A stretch of DNA of 58,270 bases, counting the filler, from Sandaracinaceae bacterium (lineage in GTDB: Bacteria; Myxococcota_A; Polyangia; Polyangiales; JADJQN01): the NCBI GenBank assembly GCA_947483975.1. It is 5 parts of 5 records of this genome, joined end to end, with 100 filler letters (N's around TTAATTAATTAA, not from the genome) between each part and the next. Parts side by side here need not be neighbours in the genome. Positions count along the whole stretch, not along the records: positions 23,519 to 35,043 come from CANKOL010000142.1; positions 35,144 to 46,660 come from CANKOL010000143.1; 3 more parts are not named here. One strand, 5' to 3'. The notes beneath the pieces are model-generated. The model was given only the letters and a program-made list of their open reading frames with translations. It searched no databases and was not told the origin of the DNA. Below, one piece after another: positions 26,051 to 35,782 of the stretch. Both the position numbers and the translations under genes were made by a program. The stretch's first letter is position 1; each line of letters begins with the position of its first letter.

Positions 26051-28327
26051 TCAGCGCCGCGCGGCGGGATGCTGAGCGCGGCAACGGGTGACGGCCGCGT
26101 CGCCGAGCGCCGTCAGCCTGGCGCGCGCGGCGTCTACCTCCGCGCTCTGCAGCCCCGTTTGGGCGGCGATCGCCACGACGCGATCGAAGCGCTCGACCGC
26201 GCGGCAACGCAGCGGGCGAACCTGCGCTTCGAGGATCTCGGCGACGCGCAGCGCGACGATCCGGCGCAGTTGCTCGTAAGACTGCTGCGAGAGCGAGCGG
26301 CGCTCGGCCTCGAGGTCGGCCGGATCGCTCCACGTCGCGGCGAGCACGGCGGCGGTGAGGCTCTCGAGCGCGAGCCCGGCGCGGTAGTGCGCCGCGGCGG
26401 ACCAGCGCGGGTCGTTGATGCGAGCGACGGCGTCGTAGCCCTCGAGCAGCGCGCGCACGTCGTCTGCGGGGCCACTGAGCACGTTGGTCAGCGAGGCGAT
26501 CAGCGCTTCCGTGTTCGCGCCGCGCGGGATCGTGAGGTGCAGCCGCGTGAGGGCGTCGAAGCCCGTATCGGCCCGCGTGAACGCTGCCGCCGCGACGTAG
26601 CCGCGCGCCTCGAGGCCGAGCGCGTCGCGCGTCTCGCTCGCGGCGGCCGTCATCTCGTCGAGCGCCGCAGCGCGCGCCGATGAGCCCTCGCGCTGGCACG
26701 CCGCGAAGCGATAGAGGGCCCGCACGACCTCGTCGCCTGCGCCCGCTTCTGCGCGATGGGCCTGCGCGAAGGCGTGGAGCGCCACGGTGGCGTGTCGGCA
26801 GTCTCCTGCCGCCGCAAGCTCGAGCGCGGAGGCGAGCGCGGCGCTCCGCTGTCGCGCGGGGTCGGTCTCCGCTACGGCGAGCGCGGTCCAAGCGTCAGCC
26901 GCCTCCCGATGCCGGCCGAGCGCGACGAGGCTCTCGGGCAGCGCCACGCGCGCAGCCGCCCTGGCGTCCGCGAGCTCGGGCAGGTCGAAGTCCGCGCCGA
27001 GCAAGCGGGCCGCGAAGAGCACGACCTCGTCGTGCCGAGCCGCCGCGTGCGCGAGCGCGAGCAGTCGCTCGAGCGCGTCGGAGAGCGCCATCACCGCGCG
27101 GAGGTGTTCGTCCGCCGTGAAGCGCGCGGGCACGACCTCCGCGACGATGCGCCGATCGACCTCGACCGCGCGATCGCTCTCGCCCAGGCGAAACGCGCGC
27201 GCGGCGAGCATCAGGCCATCCACGCGATCCATCGGCGTCACGTCCGGGTCCGCATCGACCGACGCGAGGAAGGCCTCCCCGGCGCGGCTTGCCCAACGCG
27301 GCCGCTCGGCTCCTTGCGCGTGCTCGGCGCGCTGCGCGAGCACCATGCCGGTGCGCAGCCGCACCGAGATCGCGTCGGTCCGCGCGAGGCAGCGCGGGTC
27401 ATCGAGCGCGTCGCCGCACGCGGGCGTGCCCGGCGCGCCGAAGTCACAGCCGCGCTCCCCGAGGGCGCGACCGAGCTGCGCGACCGCGTCGTAGCGACCG
27501 AGCGTGACGGCCATGTCGCGGAGCGAGCGCCACGCGGTCGCGGCGCCGTCCCACGCGCCCTCGCCGGAGCAGCCAGCGTCCACGACGTCCTGGAGCGCGG
27601 TGCGCGCCTCGGCCCAGTGACCGTAGCGGTAGAGGACGAGCGCGTCGTCGAGCGCGTACGATCGGCGCGTCGCCGCTGTATCGGCTGCGAGCGGGACGAC
27701 CTCGAGGTAGAGCCCGCGCGCCTCGAGCAGGAGCGCGACGGCCCACGGGAGATCGATCGGGCGAACGTTCGGAGGCTCGCCCTCGGGGTCGGGAGCCGCC
27801 TGCCGGAGCTCGAGGTGGGCTTCCGCGATCGCCTGTTCGCGCGCGTGGACGAGCACCTCTGCGGCCGGTCGGCGCCACTCCGAGTCGGCGGCAGCCGTCG
27901 CCAGATACTGCCGCGCGGTGGACCCCGCCTCCGCGAGCGAGCCGGCGCCGAGGAGCGCCTGCGCACGCTGTACCGTCCACTCGGCGACCGAGGGGTCGTC
28001 GGGGCGCCCGATCAGGAGCGAGTGCCACGCGTCGGCGGCGTCGGCGTACGACTCTCGCGCGCTGCTGCAGTCCACCGCGTCGTGCTCTGCGTTGCAGCGC
28101 GCCGAGAGCGACTCAGCCTGCATGAACGAGCCCATCGCCTCGGTCTGTCGAACCGCACGCTCGTGCGCGCCGACGGGCGCGAGCCGCGGGGCGCGCGCGT
28201 GGTGCGGCGCAGCGCGGGGCGCGGGAGCGGCGACGGGCGCACCTCCACAGGCCGCAAACATCAGGAGGAGGCCACAAGCGCTGGCCGTCGGCCCAAGGAA
28301 ACCCGCGGGACAGGACGTTCGAAGCAC
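26051..28327 (-). CDS. TPR-like helical lipoprotein (possibly a degenerate AgmU/GltD-like paralog)
   Basis: Lipobox FAAC; Ala-rich helical repeats; the C-terminal [10 protein letters not shown]...P...A region resembles myxobacterial gliding TPR proteins. Confidence 0.55.
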   Translation of the reverse strand: MLRTSCPAGFLGPTASACGLLLMFAACGGAPVAAPAPRAAPHHARAPRLAPVGAHERAVRQTEAMGSFMQAESLSARCNAEHDAVDCSSARESYADAADAWHSLLIGRPDDPSVAEWTVQRAQALLGAGSLAEAGSTARQYLATAAADSEWRRPAAEVLVHAREQAIAEAHLELRQAAPDPEGEPPNVRPIDLPWAVALLLEARGLYLEVVPLAADTAATRRSYALDDALVLYRYGHWAEARTALQDVVDAGCSGEGAWDGAATAWRSLRDMAVTLGRYDAVAQLGRALGERGCDFGAPGTPACGDALDDPRCLARTDAISVRLRTGMVLAQRAEHAQGAERPRWASRAGEAFLASVDADPDVTPMDRVDGLMLAARAFRLGESDRAVEVDRRIVAEVVPARFTADEHLRAVMALSDALERLLALAHAAARHDEVVLFAARLLGADFDLPELADARAAARVALPESLVALGRHREAADAWTALAVAETDPARQRSAALASALELAAAGDCRHATVALHAFAQAHRAEAGAGDEVVRALYRFAACQREGSSARAAALDEMTAAASETRDALGLEARGYVAAAAFTRADTGFDALTRLHLTIPRGANTEALIASLTNVLSGPADDVRALLEGYDAVARINDPRWSAAAHYRAGLALESLTAAVLAATWSDPADLEAERRSLSQQSYEQLRRIVALRVAEILEAQVRPLRCRAVERFDRVVAIAAQTGLQSAEVDAARARLTALGDAAVTRCRAQHPAARR

Positions 28328-28506
28328 GAACTGAGGCTGCGGGAACGGCTTTCGGAAGTCAAAGACGGCGGTCCCCGGCTCGAGCGCTGCCGGCTGGTGG
28401 ACGCGCCGCGCGAGGCCGAGGAGAGCCTCGACGCCACACCGACGGCGCCCCCTCGACGGGCCACGCCCCTTGCGCTCCCCTCCCCTTTTCTGCCATTCAG
28501 CCGTCC

Positions 28507-29835
28507 GTGACCGCTGCAGCCAAGCCGCGCCTCGACTTCATCGACGCCCTGCGCGGCGTCGCGGTCGTCTTGATGATCCTCTGGCACACGGCCGACTCTT
28601 GGCTCGCGGCGAGCGCGCGCGCGGTCAGCGGGCAGGAGACGACGAGCTACTCGATCCTGCGTCTGCTCGGCGGCACCGCGGCGCCGCTCTTCTTGCTGCT
28701 CGCGGGCGTCGCGCACGGGCTCAAGGCGGCGGCGGATGCGCGCAAGGGCACGGCCCCGACGCTCGCGATGCTGGGCGCAGCGGCGCGCGGGCTCGAGCTC
28801 GTCGTGATGGGCTACCTGCTGCGCTTGCAGTTCTGGGGCATCGACGGCTCCGGCGTGAAGCTGCCGCAGGCGTTCTTGCCGCTGCTCCTCGGGCTGCTCG
28901 GGCTGCTCGTCGCGACGAAGCGCTTGGCGAAGTCGCCGACGGGCGCGCTGCGCTTCGCGGTCCTCGGCGCGCTGCTCTACTCCATGGGGCTCGTCGTGCT
29001 CGCGCATTATCAGCCGTCGCGCGTGTCGAGCGTGCTGCGCGTCGACGTCCTGCAGGCCATCGGGGCCTCGCTCGTCTTGCTCGCGCTCGTCGAGCCACTC
29101 CTCGCGCGCTCGCCCGCCGTCGCGCTCGTGCTCGCGCTCGCCGTGACGCTCGCGACCGATGCGCTCGGCGCGCACCTGCCGGGCGTGCTGCCTGAGCCCC
29201 TCGCCGCGTACCTCGCGCGGTGGGTGACGCGCCCGGGCGTGCGCACGATGGCGATGTTCCCGCTGTTCCCGTGGCTCGCGTTTCCGCTCGTCGGCAGCGT
29301 GCTCGGGCGTCACTGGAGCGCGAGCGCGCGCCGCGGCTCTTTGGCGCGCGACGTCGGGATCCTCACGGCGCTCTGCGTCGTCCTCAGTGTCGTCGCGAAC
29401 GAGTCTCTCGCCTATCACCTCGGCTGGATCTGGAAGATGCCGTGGTTCATCCCGACGCTGCGCGTGGTCTCCCGCGTCGCCTTCGGGCTGGTGTTCGGCG
29501 GGCTCTGCTTCGCCGGGCTGGCGCTCTCTGCGCGCCTCGGCTTCGGGCAGAGCGCGCGCGCCGAGAAGTACGCGCCGCTGCGCACGCTCGGGCGCTCGTC
29601 GCTCTTCGTCTACTGGGTGCACCTCGAGCTCGCGTTCGGGCTCGTCGCGACGCCGCTGAAGGGCAAGTTCGACCTCGGGCAGTGGGCCATCGGCTTCGCC
29701 GCGCTCACCGCGCTGATGTACGTGCTGGTCGTCCTGAAGAACGGCCCCTGGGAACGCCTCGTGACGTGGGCTGCCAAGCGTGTAGACTCGCGCGCCCGGA
29801 CGCCTGCTCCGGCGGAAGACCGACCCAGCCCTTGA
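28507..29835 (+). CDS. DUF1624 / HGSNAT-like membrane acyltransferase
   Basis: RLDFIDALRGVAVVLMILWH, APLFLLLAG, DVLQAIG, FPLFPW and LGRSSLFVYWVH. Confidence 0.85.
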   Translation: MTAAAKPRLDFIDALRGVAVVLMILWHTADSWLAASARAVSGQETTSYSILRLLGGTAAPLFLLLAGVAHGLKAAADARKGTAPTLAMLGAAARGLELVVMGYLLRLQFWGIDGSGVKLPQAFLPLLLGLLGLLVATKRLAKSPTGALRFAVLGALLYSMGLVVLAHYQPSRVSSVLRVDVLQAIGASLVLLALVEPLLARSPAVALVLALAVTLATDALGAHLPGVLPEPLAAYLARWVTRPGVRTMAMFPLFPWLAFPLVGSVLGRHWSASARRGSLARDVGILTALCVVLSVVANESLAYHLGWIWKMPWFIPTLRVVSRVAFGLVFGGLCFAGLALSARLGFGQSARAEKYAPLRTLGRSSLFVYWVHLELAFGLVATPLKGKFDLGQWAIGFAALTALMYVLVVLKNGPWERLVTWAAKRVDSRARTPAPAEDRPSP

Positions 29836-29885
29836 GCGCGAGCGCGCGCCCCCTTAGAGTCATCCTCCCATCCGAGGTGGTACGA

Positions 29886-30881
29886 ATGGTCTCCCCGAGC
29901 GTCCGGCTGTTTACCGAGAGTCGAGCGTTCGAGAGCACCTGGCGCGCGGCGCTCAGCGAGCTTGGGCTCGACGCGGAGCTCGCTGCTCCAGAGACGCTGA
30001 CCGACCTCCTCGGCGCCGACATGACGGCGGTCATCGACGCGAGCTGGAGCGGCTTCGACGAGGACGAGCTGCTCGCAGCGGCGGGCTTCGCGCGCGCGCT
30101 CGGCGCGGTGCCGGTCGTGGCGCTCGAGGGCTCGACCGCGTTCGGCGCGATCGCGGAGCTGCTCGAGGAGCTCACCGGCGGGCTCGTCGCGCGCACCGCC
30201 GACGATGTGGTGCGCGTCGTCGCGGCGCTCGCTCGGCGCGGCGACCCCTCTCGCGCGCGCCGCTTCGAATACCTCACGGTCGCGCCCCGCGGCACAGAGC
30301 TGCTCGCGATCCTCGGCGACGGTCGCGCCGCGCTCGTGCAGCGTCCGCTCGGCGAGAGCGACGACGGCAGCGACGTGCTCGGCATCACGCTCGCGGAGGA
30401 CGCCGAGAGCGCGACCGTCGAGCTGAGCGGCGGCGCGATCATCCTCGTCCGCGCGCCCTCCGGGCAGCCTGCGGTCGCGCCCGCCGTGCGCGCCGCCGCC
30501 AGCAGCTTCGTGCTCGACGCGCTGACGCTCGACGGCGTGACGCTCGGCGCGCGCCTGCGGGCGCTGCGAGTCGCCGCGGGGCTCACCCAAGCGGAGCTCG
30601 CGCGGCGCACCGGGATCCATCGCCCCAACATCGCCCGCGTCGAGGCGGGGCGGCACACGCCCTCGCTCGAGACGCTCTCGCGCCTCGCCAACGCCATCGG
30701 TGTCCCGACCAAGCGCGTGCTCGAGGTCGATCAGCTAGCGGACGGCTCTTCCGAGGCGCGCGCCTCGAGTGAGTCTTCGCCCGGCGCGACCGCGCCAGGG
30801 CTCACGTCGCCCGGCAGCACCTCGCCGGGCACGATGGCGCCGAGCGCCGCACCGGCGCGCCCCCGCATCGGCACGAAGTAG
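29886..30881 (+). CDS. XRE-family HTH regulator with a long N-terminal region
   Basis: C-terminal LRALRVAAGLTQAELARRTGIHRPNIARVEAGRHTPSLETL; start reassigned to MVSPSV. Confidence 0.8.
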   Translation: MVSPSVRLFTESRAFESTWRAALSELGLDAELAAPETLTDLLGADMTAVIDASWSGFDEDELLAAAGFARALGAVPVVALEGSTAFGAIAELLEELTGGLVARTADDVVRVVAALARRGDPSRARRFEYLTVAPRGTELLAILGDGRAALVQRPLGESDDGSDVLGITLAEDAESATVELSGGAIILVRAPSGQPAVAPAVRAAASSFVLDALTLDGVTLGARLRALRVAAGLTQAELARRTGIHRPNIARVEAGRHTPSLETLSRLANAIGVPTKRVLEVDQLADGSSEARASSESSPGATAPGLTSPGSTSPGTMAPSAAPARPRIGTK

Positions 30882-31660
30882 CGCGCCCCGGTGAGCTCGT
30901 TGACGCCGACGTACACGTCGACGCCGAACGTCTCGCGGATGCGGCGGTAGGTCATCACCTGCGCGACGGAACCGAGCGCGACCGTCTTGCCACCGCGCAA
31001 CAGCAAGAGCCTGTCGCAGTACTGCGCCGCGAGATTCAGGTCGTGCACGACCAAGAGCGCCGCGAGCCGGGTCTCCCGCACGCGCGCCGCGACGAGGTCG
31101 AGCACGGCCACCTGATGATGGATGTCGAGGAACGCCGTCGGCTCATCGAGGACGAGGATCGGCGTCTGCTGTGCGAGCGCGCGCGCGATGGCGACCCGCT
31201 TCTGCTCGCCACCCGAGAGCGTCGCGAACGCTCGCTCCCGCAGCTCCCACGCCTCACACGCGCGCAGCGCCTCGGCGGCGACGCCCACGTCGACGTCGTT
31301 CTCGAGCCCGAAGAAGCCGAGATGCGGCGCGCGCCCCATCAGCACGACCTCCCACGCCGTGTACGCGAACGCGACCTCGTCGCGTTGCGGCACGAGCGCG
31401 AGCGCGCGCGCGAGGTCGACGCGCGAGCCGGTGCGCGTGTCGTGCCCCGCGACGCGCACCGCACCCGCATCCGGCACGACGAGCCCCGCGGCGAGGCGCG
31501 CGAGCGTCGACTTACCCGAGCCGTTCGGGCCGATCACGCCGACGAGCTCCCCTGGCGCGATGGCGAACGACACTCGGTCGACTGCGCGCGGGGCGCCCCG
31601 CGCGTAGGCGAACGCGACGTCGTCGAACACCAGCCCTGCGTCGTCCGGACGGCGAACCAT
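30731..31660 (-). CDS. Iron-siderophore/heme/cobalamin ABC transporter ATPase
   Basis: GPNGSGKST, LSGGEQKRVAIARALAQ and LDEPTAFLDIHHQ. Confidence 0.9.
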   Translation of the reverse strand: MVRRPDDAGLVFDDVAFAYARGAPRAVDRVSFAIAPGELVGVIGPNGSGKSTLARLAAGLVVPDAGAVRVAGHDTRTGSRVDLARALALVPQRDEVAFAYTAWEVVLMGRAPHLGFFGLENDVDVGVAAEALRACEAWELRERAFATLSGGEQKRVAIARALAQQTPILVLDEPTAFLDIHHQVAVLDLVAARVRETRLAALLVVHDLNLAAQYCDRLLLLRGGKTVALGSVAQVMTYRRIRETFGVDVYVGVNELTGARYFVPMRGRAGAALGAIVPGEVLPGDVSPGAVAPGEDSLEARASEEPSAS

Positions 31661-31695
31661 TGGCGCGCAACGTAGCAGGCGGCTATGCCCGCCGG

Positions 31696-32574
31696 GTGCT
31701 CGACCTCGACCCGAATCGCCCACCCGCGACGCCGCGCGACGCGGCCACGCTCATCTTGCTGAGGGACGTCGAGGACGCGCCGTTCGAGGTGTTCCTCGTC
31801 CGAAGACACCCGAAGAGCAGCTTCATGCCGAGCACCTATGTGTTCCCCGGCGGCAAGCTCGACGCGCTCGACTCCGAGCCACGCCTGCTCGCGCGCACCC
31901 GCGGACGCTCGCTCGAAGGCGCAGCACAGGCGCTCGGCGAGCCCGCCGACGCGGCGCGAGCCACCGCGCTCTACGTCGCCGCGATCCGCGAGACCTTCGA
32001 AGAGGCGGGCGTGCTCCTCGCGGACTTCGGCGTCGAGGCCGACCTCAGCGCCGCGCGCGCGCGCCTCGCGAGCGGGGCGCCCTTCGTCGACGTGCTCAGC
32101 GAGCTCGACGCGTATCTGCGCCTCGATCAGCTCGTCCCGCACGCGCGCTGGGTCACGCCGGTCGCCGAGGCGCGCCGCTTCGACTCGCGCTTCTTCTTCT
32201 CACTCGCCCCCGCCGGCCAGTTCGCCTCGCACGACGAGCATGAGACGACCGCCGGCGCCTGGCTCTCTCCCGGCGCCGCGCTCGCCGAGTCGCTGTCCGG
32301 CGCGATCCAGCTGCCACCGCCCACGCTGCGCACGCTCGAGAACCTCGCGCGGCATCCGTCCTCATCGGCGGTACTGCGCGAGGCCGCGGCGCGCCTCCCA
32401 GCGTACGTCGATCCCGTCCTGCTGCTGGATGGCGAGCAGGTCACGCTCTTGCTCCCAGGCGATCCTGGGCATGAGACGCAGGTGCCCGCGATCGCGGGCC
32501 CAACACGCTTCGTGCTCGAGGCGGGTCGCTGGACGTCGCGAGACGCGCAGAAACAACGATCGACGGTGATCTAG
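31696..32574 (+). CDS. NUDIX hydrolase (NUDT19-like)
   Basis: DAATLILLR, VFPGG, AAIRETFEEAGV, WVTP...RRFDSRFF. Confidence 0.88.
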   Translation: MLDLDPNRPPATPRDAATLILLRDVEDAPFEVFLVRRHPKSSFMPSTYVFPGGKLDALDSEPRLLARTRGRSLEGAAQALGEPADAARATALYVAAIRETFEEAGVLLADFGVEADLSAARARLASGAPFVDVLSELDAYLRLDQLVPHARWVTPVAEARRFDSRFFFSLAPAGQFASHDEHETTAGAWLSPGAALAESLSGAIQLPPPTLRTLENLARHPSSSAVLREAAARLPAYVDPVLLLDGEQVTLLLPGDPGHETQVPAIAGPTRFVLEAGRWTSRDAQKQRSTVI

Positions 32575-32639
32575 AACACCGAATTCAGCCGCAAGCCTGG
32601 AGTTAGTGCTAGACATCGGAGTTACAGCAAGGCTCAATA

Positions 32640-33224
32640 GTGACCATGACGACCGAAAGCGATTCAGTCCGCGAGCTCTTCACCGCATCTGAGGTGGCCC
32701 GCTTCTGCCAGGTGGATCTCAAAACGATCCACAACTGGGCAGAGCGCGGCGAGGTTCGGCACTTCCGTACGCCAGGGCGGCATCTCCGCTTCCGCCGCGT
32801 CGATGTGCTCGATTTCCTGCGCAAGTACGGCTACCCGATTCCGGAAGTTCTGATCGCGGGCAAGCCGCGCATTCACGTCGTCGACGACGACGGCACCTGG
32901 CTCGGCAACGTCAAGCGCAACCTCTCGAAGCGCTTCGAGGTGACGACCTTCCAGGATCCGTTCGACGCGCTCGTCGCGATCGGCAGCGAGACGCCGGACT
33001 GCATCGTGCTCGACATCAAGATGCCGACGTTCGATGGCCTGCGCTGCCTCTCGCGGCTGAAGCAGCTGCCGGCGACGCGGCACATCCGCACCATCGTCTT
33101 CTCGGCCTACGAGGACACGAAGAAGAAGGCGCTCGAGGCGGGCGCTTCGGCCTTCGTCGTCAAGCCCGACGTCAACAAGCTCAAGGAGACGCTCGAGGCG
33201 CTCATGGGCCTCGAGCGGCTGTAG
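32640..33224 (+). CDS. MerR/excisionase HTH-response regulator fusion
   Basis: FTASEVARFCQVDLKTIHNW...RTPGRHLRF plus a receiver domain (VVDDD, LDIKMP, KP). Confidence 0.9.
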   Translation: MTMTTESDSVRELFTASEVARFCQVDLKTIHNWAERGEVRHFRTPGRHLRFRRVDVLDFLRKYGYPIPEVLIAGKPRIHVVDDDGTWLGNVKRNLSKRFEVTTFQDPFDALVAIGSETPDCIVLDIKMPTFDGLRCLSRLKQLPATRHIRTIVFSAYEDTKKKALEAGASAFVVKPDVNKLKETLEALMGLERL

Positions 33225-33230
33225 TCGCCC

Positions 33231-33255
33231 GGCGGCACGGCCTCGCTGTGCCGCC
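33231..33255. terminator. Hairpin between convergent genes
   Basis: GGCGGCACGG-CCTCG-CTGTGCCGCC. Confidence 0.6.
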
Positions 33256-33256
33256 C

Positions 33257-33910
33257 TCAGTCTGCTGCGCGGGCTGCCTTCTCGGCGAGGCCCGAGACCC
33301 CTGCGCGGCGGGCTAGCTCCACCTCGACGTCTCGGAGCGTCGCGCCGCGGGCGAGCAGCCCGACGAGCGCGTGATAGACGACGTCGGCGCACTCGGCCAC
33401 GACGCGCTCGCTCGACTCACCCTCGAGCGCGCGGGCGAGCTCGTCCGCCTCCTCACGCACCTTCGCGCCGATCTTCGCGGTGCCCGCGTCGAGCAGCGAG
33501 CGCGTGTAGCTCTTCGTGCCCGCCGCGCCGCGCCGCGCCTCGAGCTCTGCCCAGAGCCGCGCGAGCTGTGGTGACGCGGGCGCCGCTGCGGCGCCATCGA
33601 CGCGCGTGAAGAAGCAGCTCTCCGCGCCGGTGTGACAGCTCGGCCCCGCGGGGTCCGCGAGGTAGAGCACCGCGTCCGCGTCACAGTCGAGCCAAACCTC
33701 GGCGACGCGGAGCACGTTGCCGCTCGACTCGCCCTTCTTCCAGAGCGCGCCGCGCGAGCGCGAGAAGAAGTGCGCGTCGCGGGTCTCGAGCGTGCGCGTG
33801 AGCGCCTCCTCGTTGGCGTGCGCGACCATGCGCACGGCGCCGGTCATGCGGTCTTGCACGACGACCGTGACGAGCCCCGCCGCGTCCCACTTCAGCGCCG
33901 AAAAGTCCAT
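33257..33910 (-). CDS. hisIE: Bifunctional phosphoribosyl-AMP cyclohydrolase / phosphoribosyl-ATP pyrophosphatase
   Basis: FSRSR..LWKKGESSG, DCDAD, CHTG..SCF, SYT..LL..G...IGAKVREEA. Confidence 0.96.
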   Translation of the reverse strand: MDFSALKWDAAGLVTVVVQDRMTGAVRMVAHANEEALTRTLETRDAHFFSRSRGALWKKGESSGNVLRVAEVWLDCDADAVLYLADPAGPSCHTGAESCFFTRVDGAAAAPASPQLARLWAELEARRGAAGTKSYTRSLLDAGTAKIGAKVREEADELARALEGESSERVVAECADVVYHALVGLLARGATLRDVEVELARRAGVSGLAEKAARAAD

Positions 33911-33994
33911 GGGCGTCAGTTAGCACGCAACAGCTGGGAACCGGCGCGGATAAGAGGCGCGTCACGCAGTCGTCCCCCAACCCCGGAGCCCACC

Positions 33995-34204
33995 ATGAAG
34001 CCCCCGACCAACCTCGCCGAAGTCCGCGCCGCGCTCGCCGCCCAAGACGCCCTGCTGCACGGCGCGACCGACGGCATCGACCCAGAGACTGACGCCGCCG
34101 ACGACGTCGACCTGCTCGAGCAGGCCTTCGCGGCGCGCTTCGGCGGCACCTCGCGCCTCCCGCGCCTCCTCCGCCCTGCGCACGGCTTCCTGCTCAGGGC
34201 CTGA
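33995..34204 (+). CDS. Small hypothetical protein (69 aa)
   Basis: GGAG RBS; MKPPTNLAEVRAALAAQD...GFLLRA; first gene of a co-directional cluster. Confidence 0.5.
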   Translation: MKPPTNLAEVRAALAAQDALLHGATDGIDPETDAADDVDLLEQAFAARFGGTSRLPRLLRPAHGFLLRA

Positions 34205-34268
34205 TCGCTCCAACCCAACCCAACCCAACACGCCCAGCCCACGCCACTCACCACGAAAGACCTCCGCC

Positions 34269-34898
34269 ATGACCACCGCCGTCAGCACGACCCCGCACTC
34301 CGCCCTCAGCCCCGACCCCTCCACTTTTGCCGGCGCCGTCTGTCGCAGCGGGCCCGAGACGGCCGAACAGCGAGACTTCGCCGCGTTCATGGCCAACCTC
34401 CCCGTCTCACTCAGCCCCGCGCTGATCATGGCGATGCTCCAGCGACGCATGAGCGGCCTCGACAGCCAGATCCAAGCCGACGTCAGCGCGATGGAAGACC
34501 AGCAGGCGAAGCTGACCGGGTTGCAGCGCGACAGCGAGATTCTCTTGGCGATCAAGGGCGCCTGCCCGGCCGACGGCAAGATCTCCGGCGTCACGCTCGT
34601 GGTCTACGACGGGCAAACGAAGAGCGCCGCCGACTGGCTCCATGAGGTCGACCCGAGCATCACGCTCTTGCCGCCCGACGCAGACCACCACGTCTTCGAT
34701 TACTACACGACGGCGAAGCTGGACGTCGGGCTGAAGTCGCTCGAGAGCGAGATCAAGCGCGTCAACCAGGGCACCGAGCTGAAGATGATGGACCTGCAGA
34801 GCCTGATGCAGCAGCGCTCGTCCGAGATCTCGCTCGCCACGAACATGCTCAAGGCCGTCCAAGACGGCACCGACGCCATCGTCCGCAACATCGGCTGA
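34269..34898 (+). CDS. Coiled-coil protein with an EspA/SseB/Bsp22-like C-terminus (putative type III filament/translocator-like)
   Basis: N- and C-terminal coiled coils; C-terminus MMDLQSLMQQRSSEISLATNMLKAVQDGTDAIVRNIG; Ser/Thr/Pro-rich N-terminus with no Sec signal. Confidence 0.5.
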   Translation: MTTAVSTTPHSALSPDPSTFAGAVCRSGPETAEQRDFAAFMANLPVSLSPALIMAMLQRRMSGLDSQIQADVSAMEDQQAKLTGLQRDSEILLAIKGACPADGKISGVTLVVYDGQTKSAADWLHEVDPSITLLPPDADHHVFDYYTTAKLDVGLKSLESEIKRVNQGTELKMMDLQSLMQQRSSEISLATNMLKAVQDGTDAIVRNIG

Positions 34899-34927
34899 GC
34901 CGACGCACGTCACGCGGGAGAACGACC

Positions 34928-35043
34928 ATGACACGCATCGGCAACGTTGAACGAACCACCACGGCCTCAGCCACGCAGCACCTCACTGGGGAGGTCGCTG
35001 CCTCCCGGGCGGGGAGCGCCCTCGCGCTCGCCTGCACGACCAC
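34928..35043 (+). CDS. Hypothetical protein, 3'-truncated
   Basis: GGGAGA RBS; MTRIGNVERTTTASATQH..., open to the contig end. Confidence 0.45.
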
Positions 35044-35143
35044 NNNNNNNNNNNNNNNNNNNNNNNNNNNNNNNNNNNNNNNNNNNNTTAATTAATTAAN
35101 NNNNNNNNNNNNNNNNNNNNNNNNNNNNNNNNNNNNNNNNNNN
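35044..35143. other. Artificial contig-joining linker
   Basis: N44-TTAATTAATTAA-N44. Confidence 0.99.
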
Positions 35144-35782
35144 CACCGCGCCGGCAGGACCCGTCGCGCCCGCGGGACCCGTCGGACCCGTCGGACCCGC
35201 AGGACCCGCGACGCCGGCCGCGCCCGCCGGACCCACGGGACCTGCGATGCCCGCCGTCGGCCCGATCCAGTGACCGGTCGAGTCGACCACCGTCGCGCCG
35301 CCGATGGAGATGCTGTTCGGCGTGATGTCGCCGACCGCGTTATTCGCGGTGAACGCGTACGGCACGCTGTTGAGCGCCTGCCGCGGGGCAAGCTCCGTGT
35401 CCGTGCCGATGGTCACGCCGAGGTACATCGACGCGCCCGTGAAGAGCTCCCCGGGGATCGGCGAGGTCGAGCCGAGCTGCACCGAGAAGTAGCCGGAGTC
35501 GAGCGTGACGAGCTGCGTCTCGGTCCACACCGACGTCCCACCGGAGGCCGAGGTGTAGAGCGCGAACGCCACCTCCACGCTGCCCGCCGAGGGCGCGCCG
35601 GTGTCGGCGTTGAACAGCCGCCCTTGCTCGGTCATCACCTGCGGGACCTGAGCGGACGCGGTGCTCGCCGCGAAGGCGCTCGCACAGATCGCCGACGCCG
35701 TCGCTGCCGCCAAACACAGTGCTCTCATCGCTCGATTGCTCCTTTTCTCGACCAGCGGATTGCTCAGCGTGTTGGAAATCAT
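35144..35782 (-). CDS. Secreted collagen-like (Gly-X-Y) surface/fibre protein, 3'-truncated
   Basis: Signal peptide; N-terminal domain QGRL...GYFSVQLG...PRQALNSVPYA; GPVGPAGAAGVAGPAGPTG repeats. Confidence 0.8.

Noticed and set aside
24936..26891. 651-aa extended Prs, and likewise the extended N-termini of the GMC, PepF, NUDIX and XRE ORFs
   Set aside because: The upstream extensions overlap other genes and lack protein-like composition, so the starts were reassigned.
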